A DNA stretch of 64,000 nucleotides. It comes from Octopus sinensis. Lineage: Eukaryota. Location: positions 103,974,001-104,038,000 of the forward strand of contig NC_043004.1 in NCBI RefSeq assembly GCF_006345805.1, read 5' to 3'. Under the pieces are notes generated by a model. That model was not told the DNA's origin and made no database searches. It worked only from the letters and a program-made list of their open reading frames with translations. The position numbers and the translations under genes are program-made. Of the stretch, positions 1 through 9,744 are shown piece after piece (the first letter of the stretch is position 1; the number at the start of each line of letters is the position of its first letter).

Positions 1-192
1 CTCAAATTGGTGTTTGCGAAGATAAATTCCTTAACGTTGTTCGTATTAAATACTTAAGCTGTAATTAAGGCATTAATTGATCACTACTTAATCTTCAATT
101 TATGCCAACATTGTATTATATATTTTCTTTTAGACTTTTTTGATGTGTGTTTTTAAATTTTAGTCAAATGGCTATTCATATTCAGAGGCGTA

Positions 193-455
193 TACATACA
201 TACATACATACATACATACATACATACATACATACATACATACATACATACATGCATACATACATACATACATGCACGCACACATACATACATGCACGCA
301 CACATACATACATACATACATACATACATGCATACATACATACAACATACATACATTCATACATACATACATACATACATGCATACATACATACATACAT
401 ACATGCACGCACACATACATACATACATACATACATACATACATACATACATACA

Positions 456-484
<29 letters not shown>
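193..484. repeat. (TACA)n compound microsatellite
   Basis: Long catacata run with CATGCACGCA interruptions. It produces the HTYI/MYVC ORFs in all frames. Confidence 0.98.
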
Positions 485-486
<2 letters not shown>

Positions 487-1551
487 GTAGGTACGAACGA
501 GAGTGTGCTGAAACACTCCTGGCTTTAAGGCTATCGTGAAAGACCTAGTTGGAGACTCAACCTTCCGAGTTCTTTTACAGGGCTTAGGAAAACTGAAGGA
601 CCTCTGCAATAATTGTGGGAAACTGAGAGGGGAATATGTTGAAAAAAAATCATAATTAACTGATCCTCATGTATTTTCTTTTACCCAAAATTTTGAAGTT
701 CAATATGCCCATGATATAAGTTAGCGATATCGACATGAGTTATTCAAATAATTGTTCGTGGAATGGACCTAACAAAATTAGCTAGAGGACATTCGATATT
801 TCATATTGAAATCTGATGTGACTACTTTTACTTGGATATTGGTCCTACCTTAGATTCGAAATCGAATCTACAATTTCCTCCTAGCCATACGGCCTATTGT
901 TCTGCACGGCCAAACTGCTGGATCATTCTGTACCAAATTTGACATGAAGGTTTTTTATTACACAGGGAAGGTTCTGGGGTGAGGGTCACTCAATTTTTAA
1001 CTTTTTTTCAAAAACAGAAATATGTTATACATACCTGTCGTATACGTAGGTCTTGTTTCTCCGCTTTAAAGGTAATCGATTCTGACAGAAATAAACATGG
1101 TATAGAATAATTCTTCGTCATACGTCTACGACCCCATCTCTTTTCTTTTTAAAGTAAAGATAGATTCTCTTTAATTGTGATAATGAAAGAAGAGGTTTAG
1201 TCCTTACTGCCCAAATCCATTTCTTTTGGGAAATGTGTGATGATGTCTTCATTCCACGGATCCCTTTAATCCCATCTGACCTCCCTTATGAATTTAAACG
1301 GTTCCAGTTCCCAGCGTGTGTGTGTGTATTAAACAGTATTAAAACTTTAAAAAATCAGTCACTTGTGACACGCGGATATAACTAATTTAAATAATCTTAA
1401 TATTGACTCCTACAAAAATCTAATTAGAAAGGAACTTCAAAGAGACTATAAAGTCATTTCTGATTCAAACCTTAGCAATTGGTACATCAAGTAATGTTAC
1501 ACCGCTATATGTAGTGGCTATTTAAGCATTGAAGTTTTGGATGATTAACAG

Positions 1552-1766
1552 GTTAGATGGCAGAAACGTTAGCGCGCCGGGCAAAATGCTTAGCGGTGTT
1601 TCGTCTGCTGCTACGTTCTGAGTTGAAATTCCGCCGAGGTCGACTTTGCCTTTCATCCTTTCGGGGTCGATAAATTAAGTACCAGTTATGCACTGGGGTC
1701 GATGTAATCGACTTAATCTGTTTGTTTGTCCCCTCTATGTTTATCCCCTTGTGGGTAATAAAGAAA
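1552..1766 (+). mobile_element. tRNA-derived SINE, family A, near full length
   Basis: Head TGGCAGAAACGTTAGCGCGCCGGGCAAAATGCTTAGC with B-box-like GAGTTGAAATTCC. Core GAGGTCGACTTTGCCTTTCATCCTTTCGGGGTCGATAAATTAAGTACCAG recurs more than 12 times in the window. Tail ends AATAAAGAAA. Confidence 0.9.
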
Positions 1767-1774
1767 CAGGTTAG

Positions 1775-1823
1775 ATGGGTTCTGATGAAGGCGCGAAAAT
1801 TCCCGAAAAGCATAGACACCCAT
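1775..1823 (+). ncRNA. Degenerate type I hammerhead-ribozyme motif
   Basis: CTGATGA (1782-1788) and GAAA (1805-1808), flanked by complementary ATGGGT / ACCCAT (stem I). Stems II and III are decayed. Confidence 0.4.
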
Positions 1824-2149
1824 TACCTTTTTTCCATCATTGATCTTATTGCTTGTATCTGATGTCTTGGATACGAAAGATCGTGACAAAATCAGTGCTG
1901 GCTATAATTAATTTCTACAGAAAATCTGTAGAGATGACCTTAACACACCAAACCTTGGAAGAGTGTAAGGTTATCATTCCCCTTAATTTAGAAGACAAAA
2001 TTGAGCCAACTGAGCCTTATTCGCCTAAGGTATGCACCATAAATCTGAAAGTGCACAAACTGGATTTGGCAAGTAATACTTCGGTTAGGCTAGTTTGCCT
2101 CTGAAAATCTGATGTAGAAAATAAAAAAAAAAGAATTAAAGAATAATTG

Positions 2150-2876
2150 ACGATAAAATTCCATATATTCAAAATCCTCTTGATCGCTTGGAATGACTGA
2201 TTGTCGCAATAAGTTCAAGTAAAGAGAATCTGTCGCAGTACCTTCAAAAAAGAATAGATCAATAAATTTATTTGATGATAAACCGCTCCATACCGAAACT
2301 CCTGGTAAATTAAACATGAAGTTGCACTGTAATTTGCAAATTCTCAGATCCCCAGTAGGTGCACATTTATGGTGCTTAATTGAGCTATTTAGTAACTGTA
2401 GACTCATCTCTCCAAACACGCTTTGTTGGAAAGTGAGCGTCGTCTACACATGTTACCAAATACCATTCCTTGGTTCGGATCGTCTTCATTGAGTGCATGA
2501 ACCATTGTAGGAATGGAACTTTTCCAATGACAGCGCTTCAAAAATGCTATGGATGGTTGATTTCGAAATTCCTTTTTCATGACTTACTTGCAGCACAAAT
2601 ATTCTTGAACTCTGGCAATATGCTTCTGGTGACATTTCTTGTTTTGTGGGAATCGCCGATGTTCGGGGTTTTCCGGAACGTTTCTTATGGACATTATGAA
2701 CATTTCTAGCTGCTTCACATTCATCTCTAACCGGAGTGATTGTACGCCACATGTATGGAACTGTTTGGAACTGCCTGCTAAACTCTCTAAGCTCTTGGAC
2801 TGCGTTTCCAAACTGCCAGAGGCACTTCAAGGGAAAGGGAGTTTCTTTTATTTAAAGCTTAGTTTGACTCCCTTCA
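2150..2876 (-). pseudogene. Tc1/mariner-superfamily transposase remnant (Tc3-like, DUF4817-type N-terminus)
   Basis: Minus-strand fragments LKCLWQFGNAVQELR..ITPVRDECEAARNVHNVHKKRSGKPRTS (HTH and GRPR-like linker) and PGVSVWSGLSSNKFIDLFFFEGT..YLNLLRQSVIP (DDE region), with stops and frameshifts. Confidence 0.75.
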
Positions 2877-3001
2877 CTATTTCCAAATAGGGTAAACCTA
2901 AAAGGAAATGAAAATTGAGTTATCTGCTGTTGAAGTGTCTTTGCATTTTTGAGACAACCTGTAACAGGTATACATTGCATACACACACATACATACATAC
3001 A

Positions 3002-3035
<34 letters not shown>

Positions 3036-3221
3036 CATACATTTTATTTCTGGCTGCCTCCTCGTTATCGAGTATGGCCATTGCACGAAGCTTAACTGTT
3101 ACTGGTGCTACATACATACAACACACACATACATACATGCATATAAACATTATACATACATACATACACAACACACACATACATACATGCATATAAACAT
3201 TATATATATATAGACATACAT

Positions 3222-3527
3222 GTGGAGGCGCAATGGCCCAGTGGTTAGGGCAGCGGACTCGCGGTCGGAAGATCGTGGTTTCGATTCCCAGACAGGCGTT
3301 GTGTGTGTTTATTGAGTGAAAACATCTAAAAGTTCCACGAGGCTCCGACAGGGGGGAGGGTGGCGACCCCTGTTGTACTCTTTCGCCACAACTTTCTCTC
3401 ACTCCCTCTTCCTGTTTCTTGAGTAACGCTGCGATGGACTGGCGTCCCGTCTAGCTGGGGGGAAAACATACGCCACAGAAACCGGGAAACCGGGCCCATC
3501 AGCCTGGCCAGGCTTGAAAAAGGCGAT
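3222..3527 (+). mobile_element. tRNA-derived SINE, family C
   Basis: Head GGAGGCGCAATGGCCCAGTGGTTAGGGCAGCGGACTCGCGG..GGTTTCGATTCCC (A and B boxes) and body AAAGTTCCACGAGGCTCCG..CTGTTGTACTCTTTCGCCACAAC. Related copies at 18335, 24290 and 41280. Confidence 0.9.
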
Positions 3528-3954
3528 GTTTTTTTATACATACATGCATAATATACATGCATGCATGCATGTACATATGCACTATGCACATACACATACA
3601 TACACTTTGTAGTAGGTGGTGGAGGATGCAGTGATGTTACCTGCTAAAGACATGTATTCTATGCAGAGATCAACATTTATTTTCTCCTGTCTTTATATTC
3701 TATTGAACAGAAGTTAAATATCTTTCTTGAAAACCTACTTCGGGTTTCTTTAAGAGTCATTTATAATACAAACAGTTATTTCTATTCGGTGAATCCCGTG
3801 TGCGTAATTGCTTCGCGCTAAATAAATCACTATTGTACTGACATCTGCAGATAATTTCATCGCAGTGTATTTACATCAGAATCCAATACATCGGTCGGTA
3901 AATATTTTTCGCCCATGAATTTATCGTCATACTTTTTATCCGCAGAGTTAATGC

Positions 3955-3987
3955 CTCGTTTCCCGGCCTTTCCGCTAAGATCAAAGT
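3955..3987 (+). pseudogene. U2 snRNA 5' fragment (nt 1-33)
   Basis: CTCGTTTCCCGGCCTTTCCGCTAAGATCAAAGT matches the recalled invertebrate U2 5' end ATCGCTTCTCGGCCTTTTGGCTAAGATCAAAGT at 28/33 without gaps. Similarity stops at the branch-point recognition sequence. Confidence 0.55.
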
Positions 3988-4497
3988 ACAACAGAGTATA
4001 TACATCGTTGAACATCTTTAAAGGGTTTTATTTGAAGAGTAGTAAATACGTCACATTTCATTAACAATGCAAAAGAAATTCAAAGACAGCAATTTCCAAC
4101 CTACGCTCTTGAACATTTTTTCTTTTTAGAAACGACGGAAAAGGGACAGCCAAGAATTGAAGCAATAATCAAGCAGTTTAACGCCATTGCAAAAAAAGAA
4201 TCAAACAGATTATCGCCATTGCAAAATTTGCACATTGTGAAAAAAGAAACGAGAAAACAGTGCAGCTAGACTTCAATGCATCATCAATAAATATCAAATT
4301 CGTGAAGTTCTGGATTATTTAAGAAGCATTGCTCATAATTTGTCTTTTTTTAGAATGTCCTTTCCTTCATCAAACTTAAAATCATGTCTTTTTTCTGCCA
4401 TTGTTTATTATCTTCTATTTTGTGATTCGATTTTAAAAGTAAATTTACTTTGTATTGCATGTTTTTTTTTTACATTTTTTAATTTTTGTTTTTTTCA

Positions 4498-4655
4498 CTT
4501 CTTTCAGTCATTGGACTGCGGTCATGCACCACCTTGAAGGGTTTTAGTCGAAGAGATCAATCCCAGTACTTATTTGTTTCAAAGTCGGGTACTTACTCTT
4601 TTGGCTCTTTTGCTGAACTGTTTGGTGACGAGGATGTAAGCAAACCAACACCGCT
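4498..4655 (-). mobile_element. SINE family B, 3' fragment
   Basis: TTTCAGTCATTGGACTGCGGTCATGCACCACCTTGAAGGG.. matches the tail of the family B copies at 12660 and 52720. Confidence 0.8.
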
Positions 4656-5220
4656 CATCAAGGCACAAAGACACTCACACTCACAAATAAATATGATATA
4701 ATGTAATGTATACATACACCTTATCTGTGACTATAATACAGGTTGCTATTTTAAAATTTTGCCTCGCAGTAACCCTATTTTTTTCCATTGTGGGTATTAG
4801 TATCAATATAGAACCTACTACTGGAAGGAGTAGCCTACCGTTGGGAGTTCAATCTGCTTTGTCAGGGTCGTAGCTCGAGGAAGAGACCCTTTTATGGGGT
4901 CAGCGCTTATAGGTCTTCTGCCTGTGTCTATATTGGCTTCGTGGCCGGTGGTAGAAGAGGTAACGGCGGCCAAACCAAAAGCTGTTTCGAGTGGTGCACA
5001 ATCTATTTAGGTACATGTCTGGTCTTGGTTTTAAATATTGTGTGAATGCTGATGGCTGGGAGCGAACTGTCAACACCTACGCATCCGACTCATCTTCGCA
5101 TCTGTATTAAAAATAATTCTGTTACAGAAAAGAAAGGGGGGAAAAAAAAGACGGGAGAAATAAAGGGAAAAAATAATTGTTGTCGTGAAGGGAAAAAGGA
5201 AAGAAAAGAAAAAATAAATT

Positions 5221-5221
5221 A

Positions 5222-5255
<34 letters not shown>

Positions 5256-5289
5256 CAGCACAAACAACAACAACAACAACAACAACAAC

Positions 5290-5328
<39 letters not shown>

Positions 5329-5377
5329 TATAATAATAATAACAATGATGATGATGATAATAATAATAATAATAATG

Positions 5378-5415
<38 letters not shown>

Positions 5416-5506
5416 TATAATAATAATAACAATGATGATGATGATAATAATAATAATAATAATAATGATAATAATAATAATGATGATGATGATGATAATA
5501 ATAATG

Positions 5507-5558
<52 letters not shown>

Positions 5559-5595
5559 CAACAACAACAGCAACGACAACAACAATAACTGTAGT
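5221..5595. repeat. (TAA)n/(CAA)n/(TGA)n compound trinucleotide microsatellite
   Basis: Direct reading. It generates the poly-I, poly-L and poly-M ORFs. Confidence 0.97.
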
Positions 5596-5836
5596 AAATA
5601 AATAAAACAAATCAATGAATAAATAAATAGATAAAATATTCTGCTTGTGTGACAGCAATAAGTTGGTCATTAATTAATCATGAGTTGACCATTAGTGGGA
5701 AAGTGCTGGTCTCGGCGGTAGTAGTGGCGGCGGTAGTAGTGGCGGCGGTGGCGGCGGCGCGGAGCATTGTTTTTATTGGCTGTTGTGGTGGTGGGGATGG
5801 GCGACGATTGAAGGAGATGGCGAGCAAGGTTCAGTT

Positions 5837-5880
5837 GGGGGGCGGGGGAGGGGGGGGGGGGGGAGGGGGGAGGGGGGGGG
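5837..5880 (+). repeat. Interrupted poly-G tract (G-quadruplex-capable)
   Basis: More than four runs of at least 5 G separated by single bases. Confidence 0.8.
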
Positions 5881-6129
5881 ATAAGTTCATGTTTCAAAGA
5901 TGAAGAATGTTTCAAAACCCAGTAAAATGGTAAGCACGATTCTTTTTCGTGCTGGAAATACTTTGGACTTGTCACTCTTTCTAGTATTCTTTGATTTCCC
6001 ATAGGTCTCTCTCTCTCTCTCTCCTGTCTATTTTCTGTGGCGAAAACTTCACCCGCTTCTCTTTCTTCCATCAACTCTACAACTAGTTCGCCATTTTACT
6101 CTCACTCCCCCACCTCTCTCTTTCTATGC

Positions 6130-6169
6130 ACGATGTGTGTGTGTGTGTATATATATATATGTATGTATG

Positions 6170-6201
<32 letters not shown>

Positions 6202-6277
6202 CATGTATGTATGCATGTATGCATGTATGTGTGTATGTATGTATGTATATATATATATGTGTGTGTGTGTATGTATG

Positions 6278-6318
<41 letters not shown>

Positions 6319-6399
6319 AACTGTGTGTGTATGTTTCTGTGAGAGTAAGAGAGAAACAATGAATGTATTCGTTTCTCTGTCTGTCTGTCTCTCTCTCTT

Positions 6400-6441
<42 letters not shown>

Positions 6442-6664
6442 GCTCGCTCGCTCGTTCATTCTCTCTCTTTCTCTCTCACCCTTATCTCTCTCTTTCAATC
6501 TCACATGTTCTTCCTTCTGACAGAGTGGGTCTATCAACAGGACTTTCTCCCCCCCCCCGCACACACACACAGAGGCGGAGACACGCACGCACGCAAGCAG
6601 CTTTGTATTCGGACATACTCAAAGAACATGCACATACACATGCACAAACATCCCCCTACACACA

Positions 6665-6703
<39 letters not shown>

Positions 6704-6773
6704 CGCGCATACATATAGACGCATACAAACATGCGAACATACGCACGCATAGAAACATACATGCATACACACA

Positions 6774-6821
<48 letters not shown>

Positions 6822-6893
6822 CGCGCGCATACATATAGACGCATACAAACATGCGAACATACGCACGCATAGAAACATACATGCATACACACA

Positions 6894-6951
<58 letters not shown>

Positions 6952-7030
6952 CGCGCATACATATAGACGCATACAAACATGCGAACATACACACGCATAG
7001 AAACATACATGCATACACACACTCACACAA

Positions 7031-7062
<32 letters not shown>

Positions 7063-7148
7063 CACACACACACACACGCGCGCATACATATAGACGCATA
7101 CAAACATGCGAACATACTCACGCATAGAAACATACATGCATACACACA

Positions 7149-7186
<38 letters not shown>

Positions 7187-7290
7187 ATACACGCGCGCAT
7201 ACATATAGACGCATACAAACATGCGAACATACACACGCATAGAAACATACATGCATACACACACTCACACAAACGCACACTTATGCACAC
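6130..7290. repeat. Compound (TG)/(TATG)/(CT)/(CA) microsatellite field containing a 5-copy ~120-bp minisatellite
   Basis: Unit ACGCGCGCATACATATAGACGCATACAAACATGCGAACATACGCACGCATAGAAACATACATGCATACACACACTCAC followed by (CA)n, at about 6700, 6820, 6950, 7075 and 7190. Confidence 0.95.
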
Positions 7291-7639
7291 AACCACGCGC
7301 GCATGCACAAAGCGCGAGCGCCTGCACACATGCGCGTCACGCATATATAAACTATACATGCAATTGTGTGTGTAAATTCGGGTAAGCATGTGCATCGTTA
7401 GTATACGCATGCGCGTGTGTTTATGGAATAAATATCTGTTATATGCTTGCGAAAACATAGTTATGGGTTTCGCACAGGCGCGTGTTCCCTTGCATACGCG
7501 TGTGCGTGCACACACACCATTGTACACGCACGTGTGCACACATACACACGTCTCCCCACGATTACATAGTCTCTCTCCCTTTCTCTTTCTCTCTTTCACT
7601 CTCACATGCACTCAAACACCCACACACAGCCATAATTGC

Positions 7640-7703
7640 ATATATATATATATATATATGTATATGCAAGTGTATGCGTGTATCTGTTGTGTATTGTTTA
7701 TAT

Positions 7704-7752
<49 letters not shown>

Positions 7753-8260
7753 TATATTATACATATTATATATATATATATATATTATATGTATGTATAT
7801 ATGTATGTATGTACGTATATGTACGTGTGTATGTATTTATGTATATATATATGTGTGTGTGTGTGTATATATATATACACACACATGCATACATACGTAA
7901 TCACATACATGTCCTTGTATAATATATTGCATCTATCTATCTATCTGTATATATTATGTATATATAATATATATATATATATAATATATATATAATATAT
8001 ATATATAATATATAATATATATATTATATATATACATGCATACAAATACACATACATACTTACATACATACATACATGTATATAAGTGTATATAAACAGA
8101 TATAGATAGATAGATAGATAGATATAATTCATTATATATCTACATACGTATCTAATTGTGTATTTATATTAGTATATATATATATATTAGTATAATATAT
8201 ATATATATATATTATATATATATATATGTATGTTTGTTTGTATGTATATACATACATTCA
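7640..8260. repeat. (TA)n/(TATG)n/(GATA)n microsatellite field
   Basis: Direct reading. Confidence 0.95.
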
Positions 8261-8269
8261 AGCGTGGGT

Positions 8270-8425
8270 GTGGGGCAAGATGTTTATTTCCTCGTGTTCC
8301 TTTCTCTTGAAGAACATAGGCTCGAAACGTAAAAGACTTTCTCATCTTTCCGAGCGTTAAATTAATACACCTGTTTGTTGTTTTACACCTGTCTTCATCT
8401 TTTGTTTTTCTGTAAATTGCAACAG
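8270..8425 (+). mobile_element. Short repeat with decayed hammerhead core (Penelope-type terminus), copy 1
   Basis: TTGAAGA-ACATAGGCTC-GAAACGTAAAAGACTTT followed by ..TAATACACCTGTTTGTTG..GTCTTCATCTTTTGTTTTTCTGTAAATT. Homologous to 26665-26815, and its 3' half to 20490-20570. Confidence 0.6.
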
Positions 8426-8431
8426 TATATA

Positions 8432-8464
<33 letters not shown>

Positions 8465-8491
8465 ATAGTATATATATATATATATGTATAG

Positions 8492-8564
8492 CTTACAAAC
8501 AAGGGCAAAAGAAAATTATTTCTATTGGCATAGAAATAATTTTTCTTTTGCCCTTGTTTATAAG
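8492..8564. repeat. Near-perfect palindrome, ~34-bp arms
   Basis: CTTACAAACAAGGGCAAAAGAAAATTATTTCTAT-tggc-ATAGAAATAATTTTTCTTTTGCCCTTGTTTATAAG, with 1 mismatch and 1 indel. Confidence 0.9.
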
Positions 8565-8657
8565 TGTTTATAAAATTTTCACCTTTAAAGGTATTTTAAT
8601 ATGCTGCCACTTTTGATGAAATTCTTTTCTGAAAAACTTTTTATCCTATATTAGTAC

Positions 8658-8688
<31 letters not shown>

Positions 8689-8752
8689 TATAAATATTAA
8701 TATATATATATATATAATATCATATATATATATGTATGTATATATGTATGTA

Positions 8753-8788
<36 letters not shown>

Positions 8789-9558
8789 TATATGTATAAC
8801 GAAATATCTGCATACACACACATATATACAAATATCGGTACGTTAAATACATGCAAAGTAACTTGTTAGATAATCCCTATAAGAGATGAAAGTTGTAATT
8901 ATACAGAGGAGTAATGTTTGACGTCATGTTAAAAAGGCGGCAACAAAAAAGCGCTTTACAACAAAAGTTCTCGATTCATTGAAATTATCAGTGTCTAGAG
9001 GATTTATCTTACTTACAAAGTGGCAATTATCACTAGGTCTACGTGAGAAGAGAAGATAGTCTCTAGAGTGAAGAACTCTTCTATACTGACACACTATTAA
9101 GGAGAGGGATAAGTTTATTGTTTCTAGCTAAGAGGACACTCGAAGACACCTGTTTCGTTTCATTAGGACGACAATTGCTCGATCTTGCCAAAGGATTTAG
9201 ACTCGTATATAAAACAGAGTAGTAAACAGTTATAACATAAGTAATTTGCATAAGTAACAGAAAAACGAACAAAGTGGCCAAGTGGCCTGTGGCATGGCTT
9301 TGGATAGACATATACTCACATGCAAATACCTTACAACAAGAATTCTTGGTGTGTTAAAATTATATCCATCTTTACATGATGTAACATAGTTGCCAAATGG
9401 CAATTATGACGAATCAGCAGAAAAGGGGCTCTCAGCGGACCTGATGCGAGTTTACATACAGCATTCAGTAATAGTTTAACACACGTCTTACATGATTTAA
9501 AGTAATTTAAGTCACATAGATCTGAGTCAAACTGTTATTAAATAATACATACATATGT

Positions 9559-9599
<41 letters not shown>

Positions 9600-9654
9600 A
9601 GAGAGAGAGACAGACAGACAGAGACAGAGACAGAGAGAGAGAGTGAGTAATCTT

Positions 9655-9742
9655 TTATCGTATACTTGTTTCAGTCATTGGACTGCAGTCATGCAGGTGC
9701 ACCACATTGAAGGCTTTCGTCGAACAACGCGATCCTGGCAAT
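9655..9742 (-). mobile_element. SINE family B, 3' fragment
   Basis: TACTTGTTTCAGTCATTGGACTGCAGTCATGC..CACCACATTGAAGG tail motif. Confidence 0.75.
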
Positions 9743-9744
9743 TA

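Noticed and set aside
147-609. HTYI/MYVC-repeat ORFs, here and at 6100-7300, 16238-16645, 35028-35583, 50903-51694 and 61116-61483
   Set aside because: They are translations of (TACA)n/(TG)n microsatellites, open in several frames on both strands simply because the repeats lack stops.
3222-3295. tRNA-like sequences at SINE heads (3222, 18335, 24290, 53990 and family A/B heads)
   Set aside because: They have A/B boxes but no complete cloverleaf, and they continue into repeated SINE bodies.
3951-3956. ATGCCT matching the U12 snRNA 5' end
   Set aside because: Only 6 nt match, and the following sequence matches U2, not U12.
5070-5670. Poly-Ile/Leu/Met ORFs, also at 48803-49060 and 50090-50469
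   Set aside because: (TAA)n/(TGA)n trinucleotide tracts read on the non-stop frames.
6690-7270. Regularly spaced repeats as a CRISPR-like array
   Set aside because: The spacers are (CA)n of variable length rather than unique sequence, the context is eukaryotic, and there are no cas genes.
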